DNA of 63,122 nt, filler included, from Licmophora abbreviata (GCA_900291995.1; 11 parts of 11 records of this genome joined end to end with filler, not necessarily neighbours in it), one strand, 5' to 3'; shown: positions 32,347 through 45,407, numbered from the whole stretch's first letter. A program made the numbers and translations. The notes: generated from the letters alone by a model not told the origin.

Positions 32347-32754
32347 ATGCTATTCCGAGGTTGGAAAGTGATTCTTCTGGTGGCGTCTCTCGGTGGCGCC
32401 AAGGCGCGCCGCGGCCTTTCTGGTAGTGGCAGCGTTGACATCAGCCTGCGCCTTTCTGACATCAGCTCAATCCAGAAAGGGGGCGGAAGTAATGTGCTCG
32501 GGACCAGAAAGGCTCTTTCAGTACCGCCCTCAAGTCTCATCCTGGAGCTCCGTGGAGGTGGCAAGGCTGCTCCTGCCAAGGCATCCGTTGAGGCAGACGC
32601 TCACGGACACGAACTCATGAGCGCACCCACTGCCGTTGCCAATGTGCTTGCCGATCTTTGTCCGCATGGCATGTTGCCACTAGCGTACGGTATCGCAGCT
32701 GCTGGAGGGACGGGGCCAGTCCTTGCAGTGGCGATTGTTTTGATTTTTGGGGCG
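32347..32754 (+). CDS. Amino-acid transporter-like membrane protein (5' part only)
   Basis: Signal peptide, LRGG, then MSAPTAVANVLADLCPHGMLPLAYG...AIVLIFG resembling TM1-2 of Aa_trans proteins; cut by gap. Confidence 0.55.
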
Positions 32755-32854
32755 NNNNNNNNNNNNNNNNNNNNNNNNNNNNNNNNNNNNNNNNNNNNTT
32801 AATTAATTAANNNNNNNNNNNNNNNNNNNNNNNNNNNNNNNNNNNNNNNNNNNN

Positions 32855-33568
32855 AGAAAGCGCCCGATCTTTCGCGGTACTACTGGCGGCAGTAGACTCC
32901 CGGACCATCCAGGCAAGTTCAAGCCCCATAATGGTGTAGCATTCAGCAGACATACTGTCTCGACCAGATCAGGTCGTTGTGTAGCAAGGACGGTCGCAAG
33001 GAATCCACCGACACTGTTCCCCACCACATGAACCTTTCGATTGCCGTTTTCTGGTCTCACAACTTGTTCAATAAATTGAGTTATCTGGTCCAACCAAGTG
33101 TCTGCCGAGTAAACCAGGTCTTTCTCATTGGAAGAATTTCCGTCATCGCAAAATTTTGGCCATGACTTTCCCTGTCCCAAATAGTCAATGCCGTAGATGG
33201 CTCTATCCTGCATTCCTTCGCTGTCGTCCAGCAGTTGTGGAATCAGCCTATGCTGGTGAAAGGAGCCAACACCGAACCCATTCAGCAGCAGTACCGGTTC
33301 TTGACATTGATAAGAATCGCCACGCTCTGGCTTCGCCTCATCGTATGCAATGTGATGGCCTCTGATGATGTATGCAACAGCGGATGAACACTTGAAATTT
33401 AGAGCAATAGTGATGCTTACACGGGACATTATCGCTTAGACTACTGACTTACTTGTAGTCCCAAGACCTCGGTAGGATAACAAACGATCTACTGCCGTCA
33501 ATTAGAAGAATAGAGACTAGCAGAAGTGACTTGAAGAACCGCGATGACACGGCAGTCGTTGGCATCAT
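32855..33568 (-). CDS. Alpha/beta hydrolase (pheophytinase-like group), 3' end lost in gap
   Basis: LLLNGFGVG, IDYLGQGKS, VVGNSVGG nucleophile elbow; 5' exon encodes a signal peptide ending SRS-FV. Confidence 0.8.
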
Positions 33569-33772
33569 GGTGGAGTGGGGAAAATTGTGAGATCTGTCGA
33601 ATTTGGGTTGTGGCGCGCCATCACCGGTGCATCCGAGTCACACGCTCGAGCAAAACTTCAACTTGCGTATCTTCGGCCGGCGGCCAGACAGGGAATCTTC
33701 ATGCACGGAATTTCGAGTCACAACTCTTCCATTCTCCGGTGCGTGTGTGGTGAGAAGGAAGCAAGCAGCACC

Positions 33773-34581
33773 ATGTTCTGCTCCGCCGTTCGCGTTGCCG
33801 CTGCACATGGCAAAACCAAGTTCACACTATCCTCTGCCACCTCAAATGTAGTTTGTCGTAGTATGGCGGGATCGGCATCATCTCAAACATCGGCGGTAAG
33901 TCGATCGGTCCGTGTTCGCCTCGCTGGCCGCAGCGCAGCTAATTTCTTCGACGGAATCTCGCAAAACTAGCCTCACAAAATTCCCTTCTCGTAGGGGCGG
34001 TCATCAACACTGTTCTAACTTCTTGTTCTGGAATGTACGCGCACACACAGATCAACAAACTGGATGGTATCGACGAGGTCATTACAGGAGGCGGTGGCGT
34101 TCCAGTCAAGGACAATATCGAGTACACCATTTCTCGCGTGGACGACTTGGTCAATTGGGCTCGCAAGGGTTCCCTGTGGCCCATGACGTTTGGTTTGGCA
34201 TGCTGCGCTGTCGAAATGATGCATGCCGCTGCCTCTCGCTATGACATGGAACGTTTCGGAATGGTTTTTCGAGCCTCTCCTCGTCAGAGCGATGTCATGA
34301 TTGTAGCTGGTACGCTCACGAACAAGATGGCACCGGCACTCCGCAAGGTGTACGATCAAATGCCAGAGCCTCGCTGGGTGGTCTCGATGGGATCGTGTGC
34401 AAATGGAGGAGGATACTATCACTACTCGTATTCGGTGGTGCGTGGTTGCGATCGCATCGTGCCGGTTGACATTTACGTGCCCGGATGCCCCCCGACGGCC
34501 GAGGCGTTGTTGTTTGGACTGCTTCAGTTGCAAAAGAAAATTAAAGGAAACAAGAGTCTACTGTTGCGATTGCGAAAGTAA
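33773..34581 (+). CDS. NDUFS7: Complex I PSST/20-kDa Fe-S subunit
   Basis: [16 protein letters not shown]...[12 protein letters not shown]...[10 protein letters not shown]; mitochondrial presequence exon; intron 33896-34050. Confidence 0.97.
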
Positions 34582-34888
34582 GGAGGGGAGAAAGTCAGAG
34601 AACGCATGCAGTGCCGTTTGATGTGGATAGGCACTGCGCAATGAATTCAATAGTAGCATTTTGTTGTACGTATCGTGTAATACGCCATTTTCCGGTGTCC
34701 ACGGGGAATCATGACGAGTGCGCACCATTCTACGAAATTGAAAATTGGCTCACCATCATAGGTTGTACAAGGTAGATAATGGTAAAGANNNNNNNNNNNN
34801 NNNNNNNNNNNNNNNNNNNNNNNNNNNNNNNNTTAATTAATTAANNNNNNNNNNNNNNNNNNNNNNNNNNNNNNNNNNNNNNNNNNNN

Positions 34889-36614
34889 ATTCATCTCGTC
34901 CATACTTGACAAAGACACTTTTGAGCTGCGACTCTCCAGCAGCGCGCTGGTAGCGGTGCAGGGTGAGTACTGTCTCCTCCAGTTGGAGTACGGTGTAGCC
35001 CGTGTAGTGCTGCAATGTCTTGGTCCATATCGCTTGTGGCGACCAGACGGTCGCCTCGGACGGCTTTCCACGCATACCTAAGGTAGCGCGAGCCAAGTAG
35101 ACGGCCGCGGATGCAATTAGTTTCGGCCGGAGTTGCTGAAATTCGTAGGGCAACATACTCAGCTCGAGCAAGTAGAGCGCCAAGAACCGTAGTTGCTTGT
35201 AGGAGCGCGAGGAGGTAACGCGACAGCAAGATAGATTCGAACAGGCATAGCTGGCACGTAAGAATTCCGACAGGTAGTGGTAGGGCGTCACGGCATTGAG
35301 TCGAAAGTGTAAAGCGGTGCACACTCGCATTTCCATGTCGGCGATCTGCTTTGCGGTATACAAGTTGTCGGAAATGTAGACGAAGTCCTTGACTGTCAAC
35401 ACCTTGATCTCTTCAATTTTGCCAGCGATCCACATACAGGAGCTGCAGTAGAGTAGAAAGACAAAATGGTTACACACAGTGAAATCGGGATGCTTGGTAT
35501 ATCATTCGTCGTTCGGTGTCACACATTGATGCACATACCATCCAAGACACTGCAACTCGTCTCGTTCCATGGTGAAGCTATCGTTCGCAAATGCACGATC
35601 CACCAAGGAGACAGCCAAGTGTAACGTGTCTGGTGCCATTTTGAACTCCTCCGACAGCTCAATCAACCAATCGACCAAGATAGCTCTCATTTTTGGACTG
35701 ATCTGAGGTCTGGACGCGAGCGTTTCCACGTCATCCTCATCTTCGTGTGGAAATCCCATGATTGGACGCACAGAGCGAGTAGGGAAATCATCGCTGCTTG
35801 GTTCGGAACTGTCAGTCTCGCTACTGCAATCTAAGTCGCTACGTTCCGGCATGTTGTCACTCCGAAATTGCTCTTGTCGTAGGATGGGATCACCAGAGCC
35901 CAGAAGGTGGTCGAAGTACTCCTTGCCATACGTGGCCAAGAAGTCAGCGGTCAAGGAATGAGAAGAGCAGTCATCCTGGCCACAGTGGCAGGTGGTGTGT
36001 CGCTCCGGGTCGCGAGGATACAAGTCCACGACGCCGTTGGGGAGTGACGAGACCCTGCGCCGTTGTTCACCGCTGGAAGAGCTGGACGAGGAGGACGATT
36101 TTTGCGGCTGGTTGGCTTCTTCGAGTTCCAAGCGAAGACCTGACGTGGACTCGGCGGATGATGCTCGTGTCACACGGGAGACTAACGCGGTAGTTGATGC
36201 CGGAGTGACGGTCGGAATTCGGGGCGGGGCGCCGACCGCAAGGAGCGACTCTTGGTCGATGGCTGGCCGCACGACGGTGTCTTGGTCATTGTCATCCGTA
36301 GAACAGTCCTCCCACGATGGCCGGCTTTCTACATTCTTCTTCTTGCTAACAGTCGCAGAGTTACTGCCCTTGCGTTGTCGCTTATTCCGACGGCTGTTGG
36401 TGGCCATAGTATTCGTCTCGTCAGCAAGCTGTGCTGGTCGTGATCGAGGACGACGGGATGAGGGTAAGGAAGCCAAGACGGACATGGCGTCTGCATCACG
36501 ACGTGAGGTAGCATGGCCTCTATCCTGCAAGCGAGTGGACTGGCGTTGTTCTTCGATAGGAGCGCGGTGTTGTGCTGCCGCTGCTGCAGCCGTGGATCGA
36601 GTGCTACGAGGCAT
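34889..36614 (-). CDS. A/B-type cyclin (3' end lost in gap)
   Basis: MRAILVDWLIEL, TLHLAVSLVDR, LQCLG/CMWIAGKIEE, FVYISDN; intron near 35445-35538. Confidence 0.9.
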
Positions 36615-37161
36615 GGTGTGTGTTGAGGGAAAAAGACAAGATCGGCAATCCTGAGCTTCAAAGTCGATGTACCTCTCGGTTCTATATGACAAGAGGCTCT
36701 TCAGAGCAGTGACGAGTGGGAAATGGACCAAGGCGATGTCAGGGGCGACAAGGATGATGCTTAACGCAGCACACAGCAAGACGGTGTGAGTGCGAATGAT
36801 GGAGGTCGCGCCAAAAAATATGCGAGCATTTTGATCGATTTTCAGATGGCGCGGCGAGGGTGAGTATTCGTAGCTACGTAGAAGTGCGTAGAAAGCGGTA
36901 CTGATGACTATCCATCAATCGACTTCTTCGACTAAAAAAGTCAAAGCAGTCAAATTTGAAAATTGAGACACGGATGCGACAACGATGAACGCCTACACGA
37001 CAACGACGGCAAACGGCAATGACCACGCAGCATCACAGCTACCTGGTAGCATACAGCGCATCTCGCACCAGTCGACTGTGCAGTTCCAGAACCTTGCTTA
37101 CTGGTAACAGCAGCAGCCCCTTCGTCGCAACCGCCGAGTCAATAAGAACCATCTGATTACC

Positions 37162-37958
37162 ATGGGAGCAGACTGGAACCTCAGCAGCTGCTGCGAGTCG
37201 GAAGAAATCCTGTTCCTGGGACTGTGGGGAGGATACTTTGTCATTGATCTTTTCCTATGGAACACGGCTGTCATGAAACCAATGAAACTCATTGCAGTAT
37301 TTGTAAGTGGCACGAAATAGTGGTCTGGAAGAGCGAGTCACGCTGTCAAGCGACGTATGGTTCACCTCTCACACAACTCGTTTCATCGTAGGTTCACGAA
37401 ATGTCTCATGCAATGGCTTGCTGGATGACGGGCGGAACGGTCAATGCAATTGAAGTGCACAAGAATGAGGGTGGCGTCACGAAATATCAAGGCGGCTGGC
37501 GATGGCTCATCATTCCCGCGGGATACTGCGGCGGTGCATTTTGGGGTGGATGCTTCGTGGCACTCTCTGGAAATCGAATCTCTGCCACGCTGTGTGCCTC
37601 GTTGATCATCGCTGGGCTCTTTATCACTCTCTGTTACAAACCCAACGCCATGATGGTGGCTGTATCTCTTGGTTTCATGGCATTGACGCTGATGTTTGTG
37701 TTCTTGGAGTGGTTCGTGGTGCAGCCGATCTTGGAATACGTGACATTGTTCTATGGTGTGTTCATTGGGATGTTTAGCGTCTATGATATTTATGACGATC
37801 TCATAACGCGGACCGTCGAGGGAAGCGATGCGCATGCCTGCCATCAATTGCTTCCGTGCTGCTTCCCCCGCTGTGTCGGACTGCAGTTTGCCGTTGTAGC
37901 ATTGGCATTCCAAGGTCTTGGCTTATATCTTGCTCTTGTCTGGATGACCAGCGAGTAA
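37162..37958 (+). CDS. Peptidase M50B-like membrane metalloprotease
   Basis: Spliced IAVF|VHEMSH (intron 37303-37391), EGGVT, PAGY, DIYDD...GSDA. Confidence 0.85.
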
Positions 37959-38661
37959 TGCGTGAGTGACGGTAAGGGTAAGTGTGAAATAGAAGAATAG
38001 CAAAGCCTTCAGGGTAGATACTGGTCCCCGAAAGAGATCTTCAGTTGGCCCAACCTTTCACTAAAGAGATGTTACTGGTACTACTGTTTTATCGGAGACG
38101 TAGCCTGTCGTAGCTGGAGATCTGTGATGTCTCGTAGCGACTGTCCAGGCTCCTCATTCTCGCTATAGTCGTACACGAAAGAGACTGGACCTCTTTTCCC
38201 GACGCAGGGGGCACGCTCCGATGGAGATGAATTCGATTCTCAACACGATGAGAGGTACCAGCATAGACTAAGTGTTGTTTCGACGCGAAAGAAGGTCAAA
38301 AGACAAATGACAAAAGACAAAAGACGTTCCTATTAGTCGAACAAGTCGACAATATATTTTACTTGCAACCGTCTGTACNNNNNNNNNNNNNNNNNNNNNN
38401 NNNNNNNNNNNNNNNNNNNNNNTTAATTAATTAANNNNNNNNNNNNNNNNNNNNNNNNNNNNNNNNNNNNNNNNNNNNTACATCAGTATTTTTCCAAGAG
38501 GAATGATGATGAGGATCCATCATCAACGCCTCATTAGACCGACAGCCATGAGAATACATGCCTGGCGATAAGGTTTCTCAGGAAGTTTTACAACGGCTCG
38601 CAAGCTTCGCATTGAATGTCGTGAGAAGCTGCAGTACTATTGACTCATATCTGGTCATCTC

Positions 38662-39465
38662 ATGACAACACCAGGAATACCACCGCCATCATCATCAACG
38701 CCGGGACGGCGCCGAAGGCAACTTTCAATAGACGCTCCTGCTAGACGAATATCGCTGATTTTGCTTTCGCTCATCGTGGGGCTTCTTAGAACTCATTCGT
38801 TTTCAATTGGGAGTACTGTGGCAACTTCGCGGGCTCGACCGTTCCGCCAGATTCGATTTGTTCTTTTTGGGGAGGCCGATCTACAAGATGATGCAAATGG
38901 TGATTTCACCTCGAGAGAAGAGAATGACTCGGAAGTGGAATCCATAATGGAATTGCCTTCCATGACAATGGAAGAGTTGCTGTTGCCTTCAAAGGATTGC
39001 AAAGTCGACCAGATGGGTCCGACTGCCATGGCATACATTGGTGATGTCGTATATGAACTCTTTGTTCGATCCCGACATGTTTGGCCTTCTCGAAAGACCA
39101 GTCAGCTGCAGCAGGATGTCGTTGCACTTGTTCGAGGTGAGTTCGAAACGAGTGAGATCGTAATACTGTATTTATGGGCATCGACTTTTTCAAACTGACA
39201 ACACTGCACTCACGTACCATTCGTAGCTGAACACCAGTCGAAACTATTGGCGTTGATGCTGGAGACTTTTCCATTGACCAAGAAAGAAGAGCAAATACTA
39301 GGGAGAGGTAGAAACGCCGCTTCAGCTACTCGGAACCGCCAGGATCCCAAAGCCTATCAGGATGCTACTGCACTGGAGGCACTCATTGGCTACTTGTACC
39401 TGTCCGACCGGAAACGATGTGAGCTGCTCCTCAACTGGATGTATGTTCACTTGCAGAAAGTATGA
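38662..39465 (+). CDS. Mini-ribonuclease III, probably plastid-targeted
   Basis: AMAYIGDVVYELFVR, VR|AEHQ (intron near 39137-39226), RGRNA, YQDATALEALIGYLYL. Confidence 0.9.
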
Positions 39466-39954
39466 CTTACCGATCTTGCGACAGGAGGGTGATCGCTTCC
39501 GCCGTCGGATCCAGTGCTCGAAAAAAATGGAAGTGCACAAGAGGGAGAGATACCGCAAAAGTAAATATTATCACATGACAGGCTAGTATTTTTACCTATG
39601 ATAACCAGAACCAATGGACAGTTACGATTCATGCTACCATAATGACGACGACCCTTTGTAGCCTCTGTACGACGTCGAAACATTCGCTGGAGCCCCCATT
39701 ATACTTACGGCAATACGCCCCCCGGTGGAGTAAGTCGAGTCGAGTCGACTCTTTTGTTCGATTCACGCAAGAAGAGCGCGAGTCGAGTCGAGTCACATCA
39801 GTCACATTCAACATCAACGCGCGCGTTGTGTTGCGCTCGTCTCTGAGCGACGACGAGACACACAGTCACACTCCATCATCGATGCCTCTCGGTCCATACA
39901 AAGACGTGTCTTCACATTTTCAATCATTATTCTCCACATTGCTCCTTAACAACG

Positions 39955-41180
39955 ATGGATTTTACATCGCCTACGCTCCCTCAGATGGCGGCAATTATCC
40001 CGGGAAAGGCACCTATTACGTCAGCGTCCTTTCACTCCGACGGTGTATACCTTCTTGTCGCATCGGAGGCCGACCACAGCTTGCGTCTGATTGACACGCA
40101 GAAGCCTGACGAAGCTACAGAGAAGCCGGCATTCAAATTTCAGCGGGAAGGTATTCATATCGTTGAATCCACGTAAGTCAAATGAGGCGGAGCCGTTTAT
40201 CCAGGGTAGGTTCCCAAAACTCTGACATCTCACCGTACTATTACGCCCTTTGCTCGTCCCGTCACACAATCACAGTCATCACGACCATAGCATTCTTTTT
40301 GCCGGAAAAGGATCCAAGGATCAACCGTTGACCCAACGCCATGCCGTTGGATATCATTCGGTACACGATAACAAGATACTTCGCAAGTTTCGAGGTCATG
40401 CAGATGAAGTCACTGGCCTTTCCATGTGTCCCGCCAACGATGGATTTCTCAGTTCCAGCGCCGATCAAACCGTGAGGTGAGTGCGACCGTAGAAGAGAGA
40501 TATCAAGAGTAGCAAGTTTGAAAAAGATGGGTCTCACCCTTTGCCTGCCTCTCTATTACGATGCTGCACGCCAAAGATTATGGACACTGCAACAGGCCGC
40601 GTGCGTCGCGAAGTTAGAGTTGCCACCCGAGACGCAGGGCGTACCTCACGCTGTCTACGATAGCACAGGTCTAGTGTTTGGGATTACAGCTAGTATGGTG
40701 GGTGGCCTTGGGCACTATTTGCACTTGTACGATGCTCGCAACTATTCGGCCGGTGCGTTTGCGGAGCTGAAGGTGCCCCAGTCCAGTATCGAACAGGCAA
40801 TTCGAGAGCAGGGAACTATCGCTTCTGACAAGGCAGCGCAATTGAGCAAGACGGAATGGAAGTCAATGGAGTTTAACGCACTTGGAAATCAAATTCTGCT
40901 GTCAGGGGATGGGGGATTGGCGCTTTTGCTGGATGGCTACGAAGGGACGGTTCAGAAGTCTCTGAGTACCGAGGGTGCCATGTCGGCCTGCTTCACTCCC
41001 GACGACAAGAGCGTATTGATGGGCCATCTGGATGGGTCCATCAGCTGCTGGAATGTTGGGACGGGGGCCGCCATCAAGAAACTAGAGGGGCATACGGGCA
41101 GCGTCGGGGTAGTTGCGGCGAACCCCAAGTATCAAATGTTCGCATCGTGCTGCTCGAACACGGCACTTTGGTTATGGTAA
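39955..41180 (+). CDS. WDR82: WD40 protein WDR82/Swd2 (3 exons)
   Basis: HDNKILRKFRGH...MCPANDGFLSSSADQTVR, LYDARNY..GAF, NPKYQMFASCC..ALW. Confidence 0.85.
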
Positions 41181-41421
41181 CCGTACAGTAGATCACATTT
41201 TACATTACTCAAATTACTGAAGAGTCCTACGTCGCCTATAGTTCCAACATGGAAAGTTCTGTCAATGTCCAACGTTCAATCATCGCCCCTTTACCCCGAG
41301 AGGACCGAAGTACTACCATAGAGTCGCTTTATATCGACGTCTCTTGCTTCGACTAGGAATCCTCGACGAACGTTCCCCTGACGAAGGTCACACTTCTCAG
41401 TAAGGCGACCAAGAGTATCTG

Positions 41422-41799
41422 CTAAAATTGAACCCCCGTGTCATTCTCCTTTCGCCATTCTTCGACCGAATCGGAGAACTGCGTAATGAGATGATCTGTC
41501 TCATTGGCCAGGTCCTCAATTGCAGCGGACAGTGCCTTGACTGGTTCCACGTTACTGTTAGCCGTCTGAATCTTAAAGTCCAAGTAATGAACCAGGGGGT
41601 GAGGATGAATATATCCTGCGAACCGTACGGAAGGATCCCTCAGAAGCTGCATCCGCAGAAGATTGCCAATCGTGTGGTCCTCCTTGTTCAGTCGAAATGT
41701 CCCAGCATTGCTCACTTTGGTATCTGCCGAGTACACAATCTTCACTTCTCCATTATCTTCGTCGAGAAGAAAAGATGATGACCTCTCTGGAGCATTCAT
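41422..41799 (-). CDS. RPB11: RNA polymerase II subunit RPB11
   Basis: MNAPER..SFLL, NKEDHTIGNLLRMQLL, FAGYIHPHPL. Confidence 0.95.
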   Translation of the reverse strand: MNAPERSSSFLLDEDNGEVKIVYSADTKVSNAGTFRLNKEDHTIGNLLRMQLLRDPSVRFAGYIHPHPLVHYLDFKIQTANSNVEPVKALSAAIEDLANETDHLITQFSDSVEEWRKENDTGVQF

Positions 41800-42082
41800 G
41801 GTTCAAGCAACGGCGATACAGGAACAATCACAGGGCCTCGGGTCTCGCCGGAGTAGATTGTCACAGCATTCGGCGGCCACAAAAGAGATGAATGTCTGAC
41901 TGTCTGTCGGCAGGGGCAAAGCCATCAAAATAGAAAAGGTGCGAGCGCGNNNNNNNNNNNNNNNNNNNNNNNNNNNNNNNNNNNNNNNNNNNNTTAATTA
42001 ATTAANNNNNNNNNNNNNNNNNNNNNNNNNNNNNNNNNNNNNNNNNNNNCGGAGGTCCTGACGACCTCAGTTGTTTCGACCT

Positions 42083-42994
42083 TTACCATGTAGAAGCAGA
42101 AGCCTGACTGTCATCTTCACTCTCTTCGTCTTCACTGTCGTCGGAGACGTCATGCTCATGGATACAATCCAATGTTGATGACGTCTGGATCCGTCCAGAG
42201 CGCTCGCCTCCGTCAGTCGACAGGGGTTCCCATAGAAAGTTAGTCAAGGATGGACTGCTGGCTGGTGGTACAAGCTCCACGACGTGACCCAGCCACCACT
42301 CGACGGCAGGACAGTACGAACGTAACAGCGCCTGTAGCATGGTGAAGCCTCGTCGAGCTCCGCCGTGGCTGCCTGTCATTTCCGAAGCGTCACAGTCGGG
42401 TACTTTCGGAATGAGTTTTTCCCAATCCAATTCACCGGCCGCCCCCTCAACCTCGCCGTCGAGGGGCTCGATCTTCTGCTCCAGGGATGCCTGTTGGTTC
42501 CATTGACGACGAAGGTTTAGAAGCTTCTTTCGCTTAGAACTGCTAAGTTCCCGGACCAAGTCATTGCGCAGCTGCCATAGACGTGGCAGAGTGCGCGTCG
42601 CAACATACTTGCGACCGTTGAACGAGATGGACAGCTCAAACTGAATGGCATCCAGGTGAAGGGTACTTGCAGGTGAGCAGGAGGATGAATCAGAATTTTG
42701 TGTGGATACTCGCGGTGAGTTCTTTTGTCGTTTCCTCCTTCTATCGCCACCGGCGGAGTTTGATGGACTTGAGTTCCCTCCTATAGACACTGACTGAATC
42801 AGGCGCACTGGGTCCAAAGTTGCGTCCTTCACAGCGATGCATACTTCTGTCGGCGACTTTAAAATATCAATCTTGTCGTCGCTTGTGGATTGACTTGCTT
42901 CCGTGCTTAACGGTCGCCGCTTGTGCTTCCTTGGGCGACTGGTGTCAGTCTGAGCGGAAGGGAACCCCAGACCGGGCAAAGCGTATGCCGACAT
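42083..42994 (-). CDS. Hypothetical protein, possibly with a PX-like segment; may have an upstream exon
   Basis: 303-aa ORF; FNGRKYVATRTLPRL...LTNFLWEP; pyrimidine-rich acceptor just upstream of the ATG. Confidence 0.55.
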   Translation of the reverse strand: MSAYALPGLGFPSAQTDTSRPRKHKRRPLSTEASQSTSDDKIDILKSPTEVCIAVKDATLDPVRLIQSVSIGGNSSPSNSAGGDRRRKRQKNSPRVSTQNSDSSSCSPASTLHLDAIQFELSISFNGRKYVATRTLPRLWQLRNDLVRELSSSKRKKLLNLRRQWNQQASLEQKIEPLDGEVEGAAGELDWEKLIPKVPDCDASEMTGSHGGARRGFTMLQALLRSYCPAVEWWLGHVVELVPPASSPSLTNFLWEPLSTDGGERSGRIQTSSTLDCIHEHDVSDDSEDEESEDDSQASASTW

Positions 42995-44113
42995 CTGTCT
43001 GGCAGAGAGCGACGTAATCGATCAGATGAGAAAGAGTGCGTGAGTGACTAGACACGGAGCCTCGTTGTAGCGAGGGTAACAACTGTTCAGGTGTCGCCAA
43101 ACTGGTGTTCGTTGACCCCAATCAAGACTGCGGCCTGTTTGCCATGAGGCGAAATATGTGACAGCAAACTTTGGTTCGTTGTTTGTGCGACAAAGCAACG
43201 TTCCAAGTTTTTTGAGTCGCTAATAAATGTCAAAATGTGGTATATATGATCTTCATGAGCAAATATCGATTAGCGAGCCGGCCTCTAAAAAAGACTCTTA
43301 GCGAACACCTCAACGGATAAGATGCGTTTTGAAATGCAAACTGAAATATTTCACAGGTCCGCGANNNNNNNNNNNNNNNNNNNNNNNNNNNNNNNNNNNN
43401 NNNNNNNNTTAATTAATTAANNNNNNNNNNNNNNNNNNNNNNNNNNNNNNNNNNNNNNNNNNNNGGGATGAAGGGGACCATCTCACTCAACCCCACTGGA
43501 AACGGGACTTCCCCATGTCGCCACCAATCTCTCTCCTTTGCACATCAGCAAGCACGTACCGTTGCGTATCGTCTCCTACAACGGGAGTCGTCAACAAAGG
43601 CGTCGGTCGCTGCTTTTCCTGTTCTCGGTATCGGTCACGTCGTCGGCCCACACAATGATGAAGGATCTTGCTTCAGAATTCGCGATAATTTTTGCGCGCG
43701 CGTGGTGGTCGTGTGCTTGCGTCGGCAAAAAATTGACGGGGAGGTCACGCCGTAGGCTGGTCATCAAAGGTTTTACGGAGCGCTGACCTCGTGGATGCAA
43801 ACCTTGGACTCGTGACCCAACACTGTGACGCATCACGTGACTGCATGACTGACTCATCCGCTCGCGCGTGGCGAGCCACAAAATACTGAGTTCTTGACAC
43901 CATGGCGGGACCGTGTCAGCTGATTTCGAATCGGACCAACTCAACAGTACGATCAGACAGCGACAACAGTCATTTCGTGTCGTATATCGGGACTGAGACA
44001 GCGAAAAATAGTGTGCTGAGAGGTTGACAAGCAACGGCGGTATCCATCTCACAATTCCAAACAAAAGCAGCAACTATTCACTGCTCACCATCATCCTCAC
44101 CAGTGTAATCACC

Positions 44114-45357
44114 ATGGCCATGAAGTCTACATCTTGCAAGCTTCTGTCAGCAGTACTACTCATGCTTCGGCATCGCACTACCTTGGCGTTCGCTCCTCGG
44201 CCTACGTTTGCCCGGACAAGCCGATCGACCAACAAGGCGGGATCTGTGAGTTTCTCTTCGGTCGCGGAAGATACTGCCACCTCCTCAATGTCACAGTCAC
44301 AAGACGCTAGAGAGAACACCTCTACCGTCCGAGCACCCCTCAAGTACATTGGACCTTACCCTAGTTTGGCGCTCCGCTTTCCAGATCTGGCCACAGCTAA
44401 TCAGCTCGAACGAAACGATACAGGTGTGGGACTCGACTTTATCTTGGACACTGCCGCCAATACGAACACGATCAATCAACAAGTCGCAAAGGAACTGCGG
44501 TTAGAGGTAGTTGGGAGTGCCTTGCCGGGACTTGGAGCCGGAGGTGTCATTGCAGGAGGAGACACATTTATGATTGGCGACTGCCGATTGGAGGGGTTGC
44601 CCAAGGAAGATGAGTTCACATTCATGACAGGATTGACGGCAGCAGCCTTACCAGTGGCGAGTCCTGCATCTGCAGGCTTATTGAGTCTAGCTTTCTTCAA
44701 CTGCTTCGAAGGAGGAGTTGAATTTCGGTGGAACCCCGAAATGAAAGATGGTGTGGTGTCCACTCCACCGTCGGTCACATTCCATGGAGAGAAGAGTACT
44801 GTGGGCGACGCAGTGCAAGGCATGACTAGGGTACCGATTACGCCGCTCCCCGTCACGTTGCTCCCATCTGTTATGATTGAAATCAATGGAGTCTCCATGC
44901 CGGCATTGCTTGATACTGGGTCGCCCATTACCGTCATGAACGCCCAAGCCGCCCAAGCGGCCAAGGTCGAGACTGTCAGAACGCAACAACACAGCACAGC
45001 AACAACAACAACAACAACAACAACAACAACCCGTTCTCGGCCATTGCAAACAAGTTCAAGGAAGCACAGCAATCGGCACAAGCAGCGGCGCGCGGAGACG
45101 TACTGGCCATTGCGGACGCGCAAGGCAAACGAGTTGAGCTACGCAAGACAATTGACAAGGTGCATGTCGCTCTTTCAGGCGACGAAGACAAGGTCGAATT
45201 TGGCGATGGCAATATCTACGTCGGTGAACTTCCGGGGCTGGCAGCTATGAACGGAATTGGAGTGGAATCGCCTCCAGCAGTTGTGCTGGGGATGGATGTG
45301 TTGCGGACGCGGCACACAATGTTCCTCCGATCCAAGGATAACGAAGTGTACTTCTAG
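44114..45357 (+). CDS. Two-lobed retropepsin-like aspartyl protease, plastid-targeted, with apparent frameshift near 44975-45000
   Basis: AFAP presequence; FILDTAANTN and ALLDTGSP motifs; the C-terminal VLGMDVL lies in another frame. Confidence 0.7.
45001..45030 (+). repeat. (AAC)10 microsatellite
   Basis: Ten perfect AAC units, preceded by degenerate CAAC/ACAGC units. Confidence 0.95.
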
Positions 45358-45407
45358 AGAGTAGAAAGACTAGATAAAAAGAGCCTAATCGCACAGTGGA
45401 GAGTTCC

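Noticed and set aside
37990..38378. Short minus-strand ORF (~58 aa) and ACAAAAG repeats
   Set aside because: No recognisable motif; compatible with intergenic sequence.
38504..38525. TGATGATG...CATCATCA hairpin or possible box C motif
   Set aside because: Low-complexity trinucleotide stem with no convincing snoRNA layout.
39733..39795. Two short (GAGTC)n runs upstream of WDR82
   Set aside because: Only about three units each; ordinary simple repeats with no further support.
44114..45357. Retropepsin-like motifs as evidence of an LTR retrotransposon
   Set aside because: No gag, RT, integrase or LTRs; it has a plastid presequence and two protease lobes, typical of a cellular enzyme.
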